A stretch of 64,000 nucleotides of DNA. Origin: Octopus vulgaris. Lineage: Eukaryota. A model generated the notes under the pieces. The model did no database searches. It was given only the letters and a program-made list of their open reading frames with translations, and was not told the origin of the DNA. The stretch covers positions 49,476,001 to 49,540,000 of the forward strand of contig OX597817.1 of NCBI GenBank assembly GCA_951406725.2. Reading direction: 5' to 3'. The position numbers were made by a program, and so were the translations under genes. Shown in pieces: positions 1 to 13,639 of the stretch (position 1 is its first letter; each line of letters starts with the position of its first letter).

Positions 1-156
1 ATTGATCCCTGTGCGTAACTGGTATCTAATTTATCGACCCCGAAAGAAGGAAAGGCAAAGTCGACTTAGGCGGAATTTGAACTCAGAACGTAACGGCAGA
101 CGAAATACGACTACGCATTTTGTCCGGCGTACTAACGTTTCAGCCAGCTCGCCGCC
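1..156 (-). mobile_element. tRNA-derived SINE, family A (cut by window edge)
   Basis: Minus strand starts GGCGGCGAGCTGGC (A-box-like), has B box GAGTTCAAATCC, then body TTTGCCTTTC..TTTCGGGGTCGATAAATT. About 20 related copies or fragments in the window. Confidence 0.85.
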
Positions 157-180
157 TTGGAATATTATTATTATTATTAT

Positions 181-232
<52 letters not shown>

Positions 233-626
233 GCAAGGCGGTGGGCTGGCAGAATATGTTACCGCGCCTGGAGAAATTCTTAGGGATATTTTGTTCGTCT
301 TAACGTCCTGAGTTCAAATCCCTACTAGTTTGATTTGTGTCAAAATTCGAAACCGTTATTCTCATGCTAAATAATCCATTTTACTTTGTGCCAATTCATG
401 GGACGAGTCAGGTCCAATTACATCGACTCCAGTCCCCTAAGGGCGCAAATTTTATCGACCCCGAAAAGATGAATGGGAAAGACGACCTTGGTGGAATTCG
501 GACAAAGAAAATATTATTTCCTGAAATAATATTAAATTATTGTGTCTGGGAGGGTCATTCTCTTTTAGTGCCTTATTACTTACCACACGCACCGGTTCGA
601 TTTCCACTCGGTTACTTATTTATTTT

Positions 627-668
627 CTCTAAAGTTTTCGTTGCGTCTTGCAACCTCTTCAATGGTCG
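627..668 (-). ncRNA. degenerate minimal hammerhead motif (Penelope-type)
   Basis: Minus: TTGAAGA-G-GTTGC aagac GCAAC-GAAA-ACTT. Perfect 5-bp stem II, weak stem I. Confidence 0.5.
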
Positions 669-739
669 TTCACTCTGTCCGTTATCAGAGATGCATTATT
701 TTTGTGTTTGTTTCTTTGTATCTGCAGATGTGTATAAGT

Positions 740-950
740 CAGTGTGCATGTGTATGCATGTATGTATGTATGTATGAATGTATGTATGTATGTATGTATG
801 TATGTATGTTTGTAGGTATGTATGTATGTATGTATGTATGTTTGTATGTATGTTTGTATGTATGTATGTTGGGATGTATGTATGTGTGTATGTGTGTATG
901 TATGTATGTATGTTTGTATGTATGTATGTATGTATGTATGTATGTATGTA
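740..950. repeat. (TATG)n microsatellite
   Basis: Read directly. Confidence 0.95.
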
Positions 951-1139
951 TTTATTTATTGCCCATAGGGGGCTAAACATAGAGGGGACAAGCAAGGACA
1001 GACAGAGGAATAAGTTGATTATATCGACCCCAATGCGTAACTGGTATTTATTTAATCGACTCCGAAATTATCAAAGGCAAAGTCGACCTCGGCGGAATTT
1101 GAACTCAGAACGTAGCGGCAGACGAAATACCGCTAAGCA
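951..1139 (-). mobile_element. family A SINE with long tail
   Basis: Family A body plus tail ...CCCCCTATGGGCAATAAATAAATA abutting the microsatellite. Confidence 0.8.
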
Positions 1140-1178
1140 GTATTGTATATTGTTTATGAGCTCCACGCGGTGCCAGCA

Positions 1179-2333
1179 GATACATACATACATACATACA
1201 TACATACATACATACATACATACATACATACATACATACATACAAAGACACATACACACATACATACGTACATACAAACACAAGTACATACATATATACA
1301 CACACATACATACACACATACATACACGCATACATACTTACACACACATACACGCATACATACATACACACACATACATACATACATACATACATACATA
1401 CACGCATACATACATACATACATAAATACATACATACACACATACATACACACATGCACACATACATACACACATACATAAACACATACAAACATACATA
1501 CATACACACAGGCACACATGCATACATACATACATACATACATACATACATACATGCACACATACTTACATGCATACATACATAAACACATACATACATA
1601 CGTACATACACACAAATACGTACATATATACACACACATACATACATACACACATACATACACACATACATACTTACACACACATACACACATACATACA
1701 TACATACATACATACATACATACATACATACATACATACATACATACACACAAAGACATACATACACACAATACATACACACATACATACACGCATACAT
1801 ACTTACACATACACATATACATACATACACACACACATACATACATATATACATACATACACACATACATACATACATGCACACATGCATACATACATAC
1901 ATACATGCACACATACACACACACATACATACATACACGCACACATACATACATACACACACATACACACACATACATACATACATATATATAAATACAT
2001 ACATACATACAAAGACACATACATACACACAATACATATATACATACATACACGCATACATACACACGTACATACATACATAAATACATACATACACACA
2101 TACATACATACATACACACATACATATATATACACACATACATACACACATACACATATACATACATACACACATACATACATACATACACACATACAAA
2201 CATACATAAACACATACATACATACATACGTACATACACACACATACACAGATATATACACACACATACATACACACATACATACACGCATACATACTTA
2301 CACACACATACACACATACATACATACACACAC

Positions 2334-2364
<31 letters not shown>

Positions 2365-2522
2365 CACACACATACATACATACATACATATATACATACA
2401 CACAAACATACATACACACATACATACATATATACATGCATGCATACATACATACATACATGCACACATACACACATACATACATACATACATACATACA
2501 TACATACATACATACACGCACT

Positions 2523-2556
<34 letters not shown>

Positions 2557-2772
2557 CATACATACATACATGCATACATGCATACATACATACATACACA
2601 CACATACACAAACTCACATACATACATACATACATACACACATACATACATACATACATACACACATACACATATATACATACATACACACATACATACA
2701 TACATACATACATACATACATACATACATACATACATACATACATACATACCCACATATATACATACATACA
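1179..2772. repeat. ~1.6 kb degenerate (TACA)n/(CA)n array
   Basis: Read directly; source of the HTYI/MYVC pseudo-ORFs. Confidence 0.95.
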
Positions 2773-3077
2773 TGAAATCCTTTCTCCTATGGGTACAAAG
2801 CCTGAAATTTTTTAAAGAGGCGGCAAATCGAAGTGATCGGCCCCGTGAGCGCAACTGATGCTTACTTCATCGACCCTGTAAGATTGAAAGGCAAAGCCAA
2901 CTTTTGGAGTCGAGAAAATGAGCACCAGTTCAACACTGGGGTTGCTATAATCCATTTACCCCATCTCCCGAAATTGCTGGCTTTGTGCCAAAATTTCAAA
3001 TCAAAATTTCAAAATATTACGGCGGTGAGCTTGTAGAACCATTTGAAGACCGGACAAAATACTCGCCTTGGAATATT

Positions 3078-3290
3078 GGTTTCAAATTTTGGCACAAGAC
3101 CAGCAATTACGGATGAGGAGTTAAGTGGATTACATGGACCCAGAGCTCAGCTGGCACTTATTTTATCGACCCCGAAAGAACGAAAGGCAAAGCCAACTTC
3201 CTTGGAATTTGAACTCAGAATATGAAAACGGACAAAACGCTGCTAAGCATTTTGTCCGGCGTTCTAGCGATTCTTCCAGCTCGCCACCTT
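3078..3290 (-). mobile_element. family A SINE (short-tail variant)
   Basis: Head GGTGGCGAGCTGGAAGAATCGCTAG, B box GAGTTCAAATTCC, tail TTGTGCCAAAATTTGAAACC. Confidence 0.8.
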
Positions 3291-4063
3291 AATATCTTGA
3301 AATATTAAAGATAAGTTTAAATTGAATCGACCATTTTTCAGACAAGCCTCGACATCGTAATTTTATTAAGATATTTTTTTTTTAAAACTGTTTAAGGGAC
3401 ATAATTTAAGAGCATTATAAAAATTAAGAGCTCCTTTCGAATGACAAACAGAATTTAAAATCACTTCTTTAACTTCCTAAGATATCTGAACGCTTCTAAA
3501 GCAAACTTCGTTTGTTTGTTTACGTTCATCGTAATTTGAATATAATTTTTTTATAACAAATTTGTATTACAATATATCGCTTAAATCCATCTTATACTTG
3601 GAAACTCCAGAAACTTTTCCACAAAACATCGAGTTTCTTTGGAGTTTTCTTAAAGAAGCTGTTTGTTAACGTGTTTCTCCGTCGGTATAAATTGGATCAA
3701 AGAAAAAGGAATTTATACGTCTTATTTTCCCCACAAAATGGAAGACAAAGCATGTTAAGGGAGGCTACTCTATACGTAATATGAAGTAATTATCTTAGAG
3801 TTGTTTCCCTTTGACTACATTTTAAAACGCATTTCTTTTTCTGGTTACGCACAATTTTTTCTTATTTTAAACGTAGTAAACAATTAATTTCTATCAACTT
3901 AATATTTGAGTTGTGCTATATTTTATCGGGTTCAAAAGGATCTAAGTTAAAGTTAATCTCAACGGGAGTCCAACACAATGCAAAGAATCGTAGGAAAGGA
4001 TACAAAACTGATAATACATTTGCTACACACGCATTTACGATTTTGTCCCGGTCGTAGTCATAT

Positions 4064-4435
4064 TGTGGCTCAGTGGTTAGAGCAACAGACTCGCGGTCAT
4101 AGGATCGCGGTTTCGATCCCCAAACTGGTCGATGTGAGTGTATATTGAACGAAAACACCTAAAGCTACACGAAGCTCCGGCAGGGAGTGGTGGCGAACCC
4201 TGCTGTATTCTTTCACCACAACTTTCTCTCACACTTTCTTCCATTTTCTGTTGTACCTGTATTTCAAAGGGGCCAGCCTTAACACGCTCTGTCTCACGCT
4301 GTATCTCCCCGAGAACTACGTTAAGGATACACGTGTCTGTGGAGTGCTCAGCCACTTGCACGTTCATTTCACGAGCAAGCTGTTCCGTTGATCGGGTCAA
4401 ATGGAACCCTCGTCGTCGTAACTGACGAGTGCCAC
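4064..4435 (+). mobile_element. tRNA-derived SINE, head C + tail 1
   Basis: A box TGGCTCAGTGG, B box GGTTTCGATCCC, ends CCCTCGTCGTCGTAACTGACGAGTGCCAC. Homologous to the copies at 18679, 24047 and 47145. Confidence 0.85.
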
Positions 4436-4649
4436 GAAAGTCATATTACTATAAAACGAGAAATAGATGAAGCCAAACAAAAAGCATCCATATGGTCGAT
4501 CAACTCGCTAAAAATAACAGTCAAGTTTCTCTCAGACAATTTATTATTGCCTTCAAAGAAGAGCACATCGCACAATGTAATCATCGATTCACAAACAATC
4601 GTTCATTGATTGAATGGCTTCGATCTATAAATAAATAGATAAAAAAATA

Positions 4650-5012
4650 GGCGCAGGAGTGGCTGTGTGGTAAGTAGCTTGCTAACCAGCCACATGGTTC
4701 CGGGTTCAATCCCACTGCGTGGCATCTTGGGCAAGTGTCTTCTGAAAGAAGCCTGTCGTATATATGTATATATATATATGTATGTGTGTGTGTTGTGTGT
4801 CTGTGTTTGTTCCCCTAGCATTGCTTGACAACCGATGCTGGTGTGTTTACGTCCCCGTCACTTAGCGGTTCGGCAAAAAGAGGCCGATAGAATAAGTACT
4901 GGGCTTATAAAAAGAATAAGTCCCGGGGTCGAGTTGCTCGACTAAAGGCGGTGCTCCAGCATGGCCGCAGTCAAATGACTGAAACAAGAAAAAGAGTAAA
5001 GAGTAAAAGAGT
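4650..5012 (+). mobile_element. tRNA-derived SINE, family B (CORE-like domain)
   Basis: GGCGCAGGAGTGGCTGTGTGGTAAG head, B box GGTTCAATCCC, CORE-like TTGGGCAAGTG, internal microsatellite, (AAAAGAGT)n tail. Confidence 0.85.
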
Positions 5013-6095
5013 AAATAAATAACTAACGAACTGGAATAGAACCGGTGCGTGTGTTCATTTTTGGCATAGTGACCCACCCGAAATACAACGAAACTTTGCT
5101 CATACGTCTCATCAACCAGAGATTTAGAGATGTGAATATAAGTGATGAACCATATTTTGATGCATTACGGGAGGTTCATTGTGCCACAATAATCACATGC
5201 ACTGATTCTCTTTCATTTCTTTTACTTTCAGTAATTAGGCTGCAGCCCTGCTGGAGCACCAGCTTGAAGAATTTTTTGTTGAATCTACCCCAGTATTTCT
5301 TTTTTAAAGCCTAGAACTTCTTCTATCGATCTCTTTTTGCCGAACTGTTAAGTTACGAGAATGCAGACATACCAACGCCAGGGACAAAAAAACACACAAA
5401 CATATACCATTATATATATATATATATATATATACGACAGGCTTCTTTCAGTATGAAATTCACTCAAAAGGCTTTGCTCGGCCCAAAGCAAAGTAGAAGA
5501 CATTTGACAAAGGTCCCTCGCACTGGGATTGAACCCCGAACCATGTGATTGAGAAGCAACGGTCAATTTGGTTAACCTTTTAACCAGTTAACTAATTGTT
5601 TGCTTGATTAATTGTTTGGTCAATCAATCAATCAGCTTCAACATTGGTGGTGATGTTGCAACAAGCGACGAAGTCTTTGACAAACACGTTCGTGTCCTTT
5701 CGTAAGTTCTCGGACACCGGCTGAACTGATGACGCTAAAGTTCAGTTTAAAGGCTATAAGTCAAACACCTGCAGGAAACACATGAAAGAATGAGAGTCCC
5801 AAACGGGGACGATGTGGGGAAGAAAGGGTTGAGTGCAGTGGTTTGTATGGGGTGGGGGTTCGGGATGAAGATGGACAGAACATGAGTGGTTAAAGGAAGA
5901 GAGATGAGTGTGTCAGGAGCGCTTGAGTACAGATCGCCCGAGAACAGCCGGCTCCGAGGAACAGAGGTAGGGTGAAAAGGCAAAGGAAAGAAAGAGAGAT
6001 AGATAGATAGAGAGAGAGAGAGGGGGGGAGAGAGTGTCATTGACCGAAATTCTCGGACTTTGAGTCACCCTATAACTTCTGCCGGAAAGCAATAC

Positions 6096-7192
6096 TATAC
6101 ATACATACATACAAACATACGTACATACATGCATAATACATACATACATACATACGTACATACATACATACATACACACATACATACATACATACATACA
6201 TACATACATTACATTCATACATACATACATACATACATACATACATACATACATACATACATACATACATCATACATTCATATATACATACATACATACA
6301 TACATACATACATACATACGTACATACATATATACATACATACATACATTCATACATACATACATACATACATACATACATACATACATACATACATACA
6401 TACATACATACATACATACATACATACATACATACACACACACATACATACATACATACATACACATACATACATACATACACACATACATACATACATA
6501 CATACATACATACATACATACATACATACATACATACATACATACATACATACATACATACATACATACACACATACATACATACATACATACATACATA
6601 CATACATACATACATACATACGTACATACATACGTACATACATACATACATACATACATAATACATACATACATACGTACATACATACATAATACATAAG
6701 TACATACATACATACATAATACATACATACATAATACATACATACATACACACACACATACATACATACATACATAAATACATACATACATACATACACA
6801 CATACATACATACATAATACATACATACACACATACATACATACATTCATACATACATACATACATATATACATACATACATACATATATACATACATAA
6901 ATACATACATACATACATACATATATACACACATGCACATACAAATATACATACATACATACATGCACACACACACATACATACATACATACATACATGC
7001 ACACACACACATACATACATACATACATACATACATTCATACATCCATCCATCCATACATACATACATACATACATACATACATACATACATACATACAC
7101 ACACATACATATATACATACATACATACATACATACATACATACATACACACATACATAATACATACATACACACATACATACATATACAGG

Positions 7193-7233
<41 letters not shown>

Positions 7234-7236
7234 TTC

Positions 7237-7267
<31 letters not shown>

Positions 7268-7292
7268 GTGTTTGTGTGTGTGTTTGTGTGTG

Positions 7293-7350
<58 letters not shown>
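6096..7350. repeat. (TACA)n followed by (TG)n microsatellite
   Basis: Read directly. Confidence 0.95.
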
Positions 7351-7353
<3 letters not shown>

Positions 7354-7441
7354 TCACGTCCTTATATTCTGAGTTCTATTTTTCCGGAAAATTAGTATTT
7401 TTAAATGTCACAGCATGAGATATTCAGCAACAGTACTTCGT

Positions 7442-7716
7442 AGTAAAGACTGTTTGCCAACATAACATGGCAGTCCTGGTTTAGGATTAATGTTGCTGTA
7501 ATTTTGCCCCAGGAGACATCCTCCCCAGCTGGCTATACGACACGATTTGTGTCCTTATATTTTCGAACAAGGGAATCTAGCAACCCCATTCAGCTCAAAA
7601 CAATATCTGCGTTTCACGATTTCTGGGTTTGTTTCCTCTCATCTCCTGGGGCTAAATCACAGCAACATTCGTCCTAAGCCAGGACTGCCATGTTATATTG
7701 GTAAACAATCTTTACT
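7442..7716. mobile_element. MITE-like element with ~75-bp imperfect terminal inverted repeats
   Basis: AGTAAAGACTGTTTGCCAACATAACATGGCAGTCCTGG...GCCCCAGGAGA is mirrored by TCTCCTGGGGC...CCAGGACTGCCATGTTATATTGGTAAACAATCTTTACT. Confidence 0.75.
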
Positions 7717-7824
7717 TCTGTTTTTCTGTTCGGTTGCATGAGAACGATGGAGAGAGAGAGAGAGGGGGGGTGTTTCTCTGTGTGTGTGTGTGTGTGTGTG
7801 TGTTTGCGCCTGTGTGTGTGTGTT

Positions 7825-7855
<31 letters not shown>

Positions 7856-9121
7856 TTTGTGTGTGTGTGTGGTTGTGTGTGTGTGTGTTTGTGTATGTGT
7901 GTGTTTGTGTGTGTATGTGTTTGTGTGTGTATGTGTGTGTGTGTGTGTGTGTTCATATTGTCGCGTGCACTTTATATAGTGTCCTACATTCTCAAAAGAT
8001 TTTTTTTTTCATTTTCCAATCCTTCTTTCCTTTTTCCTTTTGCTCTTTTATTGTTATTTGTTTGTTTAATGTCTTAAAAAACGTCCTTTAGTCCTCATAA
8101 CTCTCTCCTTTTATTAACACACTTTTGTTCTTCCTCCTTAAACCCAAATTTCCTGACTAGAAGTAACACTATACGTTGTCAGTATTAGTTATTTCGAGCT
8201 ACTGTCCAATGAAACATTTGAAAGCTATCATAAGTGCCTGTGTATAAGTGCCAGTGGCGTGATTGTTTTTTTGTCCAGGTAAACTTATATAGACATGACT
8301 AAACACTCCTTAACTTCACACAGTCAACCAGACCTCATAGAATCTCTTCTTTGTTTAAAAAATCCCACCACCAGCACCACTACTATCTCTCTCTCTCTCT
8401 CTCTCTCCCTCTCTCTCTCTCTCTCTCCTTCCTTCTGGTGAGACTATTTCCTTCTCACAAATATCTTCTGATAAGTGGTCACTTCCGATATCTAAAACAA
8501 TCAACGAACTGTGTGAATTAAAACCAAATAATTTCGCTGATGAGTAATTTGAAGCAATAATGTCTTCGGTAGCAAAGTGTTGAGATTGGCAGAAACGTTA
8601 GCACGCCGGGCGAAATGCTTAGCAGTATTTCGTCTGCCGTTACGTTCTGAGTTCAAATTCCGCCGAGGTCGACTTTGCCTTTCATCTTTTCGGGGTCGAT
8701 AAATTAATTAGTAGTTACGCACTGGGGTCGATATAATCGACTTAATCCGTTTGTCTTTTCAGTTTTAAAAAATCTAAAGCTGAGGAGCAAATTTGAACAT
8801 TCATATTTGTTTTTAGAGGGTGAAAACAAATTTTTTATATCTAGTTATATGTGGGTAAATGAAAATAGAGGAGGATCAGTTAATTATGATTTTATTGAAT
8901 ATATTCCCCTCTCAGATTCACACACTTATATGCAGCGGTCCTTCAGTTTTTCTAAGCCCTGTACAAGAACTCGGAAGGTTGGGTCTCTAAACAGGGCCTT
9001 CGCGATACTCATAAAGCCATGAACTTTTCAGCAACCGTTCGTGCAAGTTTCAACGCATTCTTGTTGTTGTTGATGTTGATGATAGTGATGACGACGACGA
9101 CGACGATGATGATGATGATAG

Positions 9122-9169
<48 letters not shown>

Positions 9170-9247
9170 CGACGACGAGAAGGAGGAGGAGGGGGATGAT
9201 TACAGGGTTTAGAAAAAACTTAAGGACTGCCGCAATAAGTGTGTGAA

Positions 9248-9469
9248 GACGGCGAGCTGGCAGAAACGTTAGCACGCCGGGCGAAATGCTTTGTGGTGTT
9301 TCGTCCACCGCTGCGTTCTGAGTTCAAATTCCGCCGAGGTTGACTTTGCCTTTCATCCTTTCGGGGTCGATTAAATAAATACCAGTTACGCACTGGGGTC
9401 GATATAATCGACTTAGGCACCCCTCCGCCCCCGCCCAAAATTTCTGGCCTTGTGCCTAGTGTAGAAAAG
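9248..9469 (+). mobile_element. family A SINE with 13-bp TSD
   Basis: Full head and body; ATAAGTGTGTGAA at 9235-9247 and 9470-9482. Confidence 0.9.
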
Positions 9470-10413
9470 ATAAGTGTGTGAATCTGAGAAGAGAATATGT
9501 TGAATAAAATCTTAAATTATCTGAACCTCTTCTATTTTCTTTTACATAAATCCAGAAACTCTTCTGCTACTTCTCGTATTATCTTTGCTGTTGTGTTGCT
9601 GTAATAGGTAGTGGGTAGCGATTTTCTTCACTACTTTAGGGAGTGACGACCCTGCCTGACACGAGTCCCGGGTTCAGCTGGCTCCGGCTGACAGTACCAG
9701 GTATGGGTCCCTATTCAGGGTTACGGAAAGGAGACAACCTTCAAAGAAATCCGGAGTGGAGCCCCGTAGGCGGTTTAGTGTTCGACTCGACACTCTTCCA
9801 GCAGCTCTTGCAACCAAACTGGTGCCAAACATAATGCTCTGCACTCCTTTGGACTACGTCAGCAAGGTCGAGAGAGGAATCCTGACGATTGGGCTACCCA
9901 GGATTTTCTTACATCTAGCCCAGGCCTGCGCAAGACTGGAGAGGAAACTTGAGAGGACATGAAATGTAAAAACCAGACTGAATTAGTTTATGTGCAACTC
10001 CATTGTCTCCTGAGACAAAAGGATGCCAACAACTGTGCTGCTGCTGATGAAGAAGTTGTTGTTGCTCAACCATTGGTTAGTCTTGATTGACCAACACACA
10101 TGATCAAAAGTGCTGTTCCAGCTTCGATCATCCGTATCTATATTAGGGATTACGCCAGCCAATGTGTCCCTCCTGATTTTTGTCGTTTTTTTTTTGTTGT
10201 TATGATGATGTAAGTTGAGGCAGGTTTTTGTTGCCATTTCAAGCATATCAAACGATAAGGCTGTAGGTACAAGTGTTAGCAAGTCACTGAATATAATAAA
10301 TCTCTTTAAAATGTTTGGCATTAATCATGCAAAATGAATGTTGTGCATACTAATAAGTGCTCATGGACTTGCGTTTGAGATAAATACAGGATTGACTGTT
10401 TCAAAAGAATACC

Positions 10414-10461
<48 letters not shown>

Positions 10462-10940
10462 CTTTAGCTCAGTTCAAATGAGTTGACAAACCGCCGTGAA
10501 AATGGCCTTTCTAACAGGTCAAATAGGTCCCAGACAAATTTGAACTGACCTAAAAGTTTGTTTATTTTACACTACTGCGCTCGTACGTGTGTGTATGCAT
10601 GTGTGTGTACATATATGCACATATATATGTATACATATATACATACACACGCATGCATACATACATTCTCACACACACACATACACACACACGCAAGCGC
10701 ACACACACACACACACATACATTTGTATACCACGATGACAAAGCAATTTGATAAAGAGAGCGTTTGGGTTTTTCCATGAACTTCAATCAGCTTTGAAAAT
10801 TATCATAGAGCTGCACTTAAGTGGAGTTAAGATGGTTCACTCAAAGCATTAAGCAGAGTTGATCTCCATTGAGTTAAAGGCGGAAACAAACAACGTAATT
10901 TCAAAAGCTTTTTGTTTTCCTATTACGTTCTACATAGAAA

Positions 10941-11487
10941 GTGAAAGCGCGTGGCTTAGTGGTTAAAGCATTCGGATCACAATCGTAAGGTGATGAGTTC
11001 AATTCCCGGCAACGCGTTGTGTCCTTGAGCAAGACACTTTATTTCACGTTGCTCCAGTCCATTCAGCTGATAAAAATGAGGCGTAGGAGTGGCTGTGTGG
11101 TAAATAGCTTGCCTACCAGCCGCATGGTTCCGGGTTCAGTCACACTGCGTAGCACCTTGGGCAAATGTCTTCCACAATAGCCTCGGGCCAACCAAAGCCT
11201 TGTGAGTGGATTTGGTAGACGGAAACTGAAAGAAGCTCGTCGTATATATGTATATATATGTATATGTACGTGTGTGTATATGTGTCTGTGTTTGTCCCCC
11301 CACCTCCAACATCGCTTTACAACCGATGCTGGTGTGTTTATGTCCCCGTAACCTAGCGGTTCAGCAAAAGAGACCGATAGAATAAGTACTAGGCTTACAA
11401 AGAATAAGTCCTAGGGTCGATTTGCTCGACTAAAGGCGGTGCTCCAGCATGGCCGCAGTCAAATGACTGAAACAAGTAAAAGAGTAA
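10941..11487 (+). mobile_element. head-D SINE followed directly by a full family B SINE
   Basis: GTGAAAGCGCGTGGCTTAGTGG...GAGTTCAATTCCC (10941-11079), then family B from ~11080. Confidence 0.8.
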
Positions 11488-11748
11488 GACACTGGTGCTT
11501 TTCGTGTATATGTATAGTAATGGTCCTTTATAATGTGATGGGGGATAAACACAAACACATAGACACGACCCGTTGATATCACTGGTACGGATTTCTCTCT
11601 CTCTCTCTCTTTCTCTAGCTGTCACTCGTTAAACAAACATCTATGTGGCCGAGTATTCCACATACATATGTACACTTAACAAACTTCTGCGGCTGAATCA
11701 GTACGACCAAATATTGAATTACAGAAAAAAAAGAAAAGTTAAACTGGA

Positions 11749-11821
11749 AGTTGCCCGTAATGTTCGAACCGACACCTCCTCGTAAACATGAAAGGCGTGC
11801 TACCATTGGACCACGGAAATC
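11749..11821 (-). pseudogene. tRNA-like pseudogene
   Basis: Minus: A box TGGTCCAATGG, B box GGTTCGAAC, T-runs just downstream; stems imperfect. Confidence 0.45.
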
Positions 11822-12049
11822 GTTCGAGGTTCTTTTCTCGTTTTAGAAACTTTATTTTTACCAGCGAGAATCGTATGTTGTTTGACGTCATTAGAGTTTA
11901 TAATCTTCTGTATCTGCCTCGAGATCCACCATTCCGATAAAGGATAATAAATAGTAAAGACAATTTACGATTGCGGGACCTCGTGATTATTGTGAAACGA
12001 GTTTTTTAACCATTTAACCACCGCCACCGCCACCGCCGCCGCCGCCGCC

Positions 12050-12089
<40 letters not shown>

Positions 12090-12239
12090 CAGCAGCAGCA
12101 GCAGTAACAGTAGCAAGCGTTGCTTAAGTATTTAATGTTTCGCGAATAATGATGTCATACAGCGATAGACTTACATGCAAATAAATATATTTTTAGATGG
12201 GAATTTCCAGGTACAACAACAGAAACAAAATAACAGCAA

Positions 12240-12278
12240 CAATTACTGCTACAACAACAACAACAACAACTACTACTG

Positions 12279-12372
<94 letters not shown>

Positions 12373-12415
12373 TAATAATAATAATGATAACGATGATGAT
12401 AATGATAATGATAAG
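12240..12415. repeat. compound trinucleotide repeat (ACA/ACT/AAT/GAT)
   Basis: Read directly. Confidence 0.95.
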
Positions 12416-12899
12416 ATTGTTATTGTCGCTGCAGTTGTGGTTGTTGCTGACATTCTTTTCACATTTACAATTATAGATAAAACTATGGTAATTAAACCTG
12501 CTTTTAAAGAGAGAGAGAGGACGAGAGAAAGAAAGCGAGACGGTATGAGTGGGTGGGTGGATTTAACTTTGAGAGAAAGCTAAAAGTCTGTATGAAACAG
12601 AAAATAAAAAGAAAGAGCGAGAGTGTGTGTGTGTGTGTGTGTGTATGTGAGTGAGTGAGTATGTGTGAACGACTGAGCGTGTGTGTGTGTGTGTGTGTGT
12701 TAACAGCAATAAGAAAAACTTGCTTTTTTTTTTTTTTATTTAAATTCTGTTTCCAGTTCATGTTGTTCTGTACTTCGGTCTCCGTCTTTTTGGACGGGTC
12801 CAGTAACTGTCATACAGGTCCAGTAACTGCTGTTTTAATTGGGCTTTTTTTTTTGGAGGGGGGGGGGTTCTGAGTAGCCCCTCTCCCTCGTTCAGCCCT

Positions 12900-13355
12900 T
12901 TACTCTCTTACTCTTTTACTTGTTTCGGTCATTTGACTGCGGCCGGCCACGCTGGAGCACCGTCTTTAGTCGAACACATCGACACCAGGACTTTTATTTT
13001 TGTAAGCCTCGTACTTATTCTATCGGTCTCTTTTGCTAAACAGCTAAGTTACTGGGATGTAAACACACCAACATCGGTTGTCAAGCGATGTTGGGGGACA
13101 AACATAGACACACAAACATATACACACATACATACATACATGCATGCATGCATGCATGCATACATACATACATACATACATACATACATACATACGACGG
13201 GCTTCTTTCAGTTTCCGTCTACCAAATCCACTCACAAGGCTTTAGTCAGCTCAAGACTATAGAAGACACTTGCTCAAGGGGCCACGTAGTGGGACTGAAA
13301 CCGGAACCATGTGGTTGGTAAGCAAGCTACTTACCACACAGCCACTCCTGCGCCT
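12900..13355 (-). mobile_element. family B SINE, full length
   Basis: Reverse complement of the 4650/11080 element. Confidence 0.88.
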
Positions 13356-13373
13356 ACAAAAAAATAGGCTTTC

Positions 13374-13446
13374 TGTACGCGTGGCATTCGAACCCACACC
13401 CCTCTATTTACGCGACCGAGTGTGCTACTAATTACACTAGCGAACC
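13374..13446 (-). pseudogene. tRNA-like pseudogene with cloverleaf spacing and T7 terminator
   Basis: GGTTCGC-TA-GTGT..GCAC-A-...-GTGGG TTCGAAT GCCAC-GCGTACA. D and T arms pair, anticodon stem broken, oligo-T at 13358-13364. Confidence 0.55.
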
Positions 13447-13585
13447 TGCCTACCCTTCTGTATTTCTGGAGGATAGTATGCTATGGAGAAGTCTTCCATG
13501 ACCTTTCTCACAACATGACATAAACGATTCAGAGAAAGAGACAGGCAGACAGACAGACAAACAGACAGATTGTCCCAAGACTAAA

Positions 13586-13639
<54 letters not shown>

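Noticed and set aside
4417-4449. GTAA-CTGACGA-GTGCCAC-GAAA-GTCA-TA-TTAC hammerhead look-alike
   Set aside because: Formed by a mutated SINE tail (other copies read AACCGACGGAGTGC) plus unique flank; stems II and III are marginal.
5635-5706. Possible exon AG|..FNIGGDVATSDEVFDKHVRVL..|GTAAGT
   Set aside because: Weak polypyrimidine tract, no recognisable protein and no partner exons; needs RNA-seq.
641-7418. Long ORFs up to 498 aa (MYVC/HTYI repeats), and similar ones elsewhere
   Set aside because: Translations of stop-free microsatellites, open in many frames on both strands.
8530-8570. CTGATGAG...GAAGCAATAATGTC hammerhead-like string
   Set aside because: GAAG instead of GAAA, and no stem I or II.
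9640-9960. GC-richer segment resembling a LINE 5'UTR
   Set aside because: Vague resemblance only; no ORF or second copy in the window.
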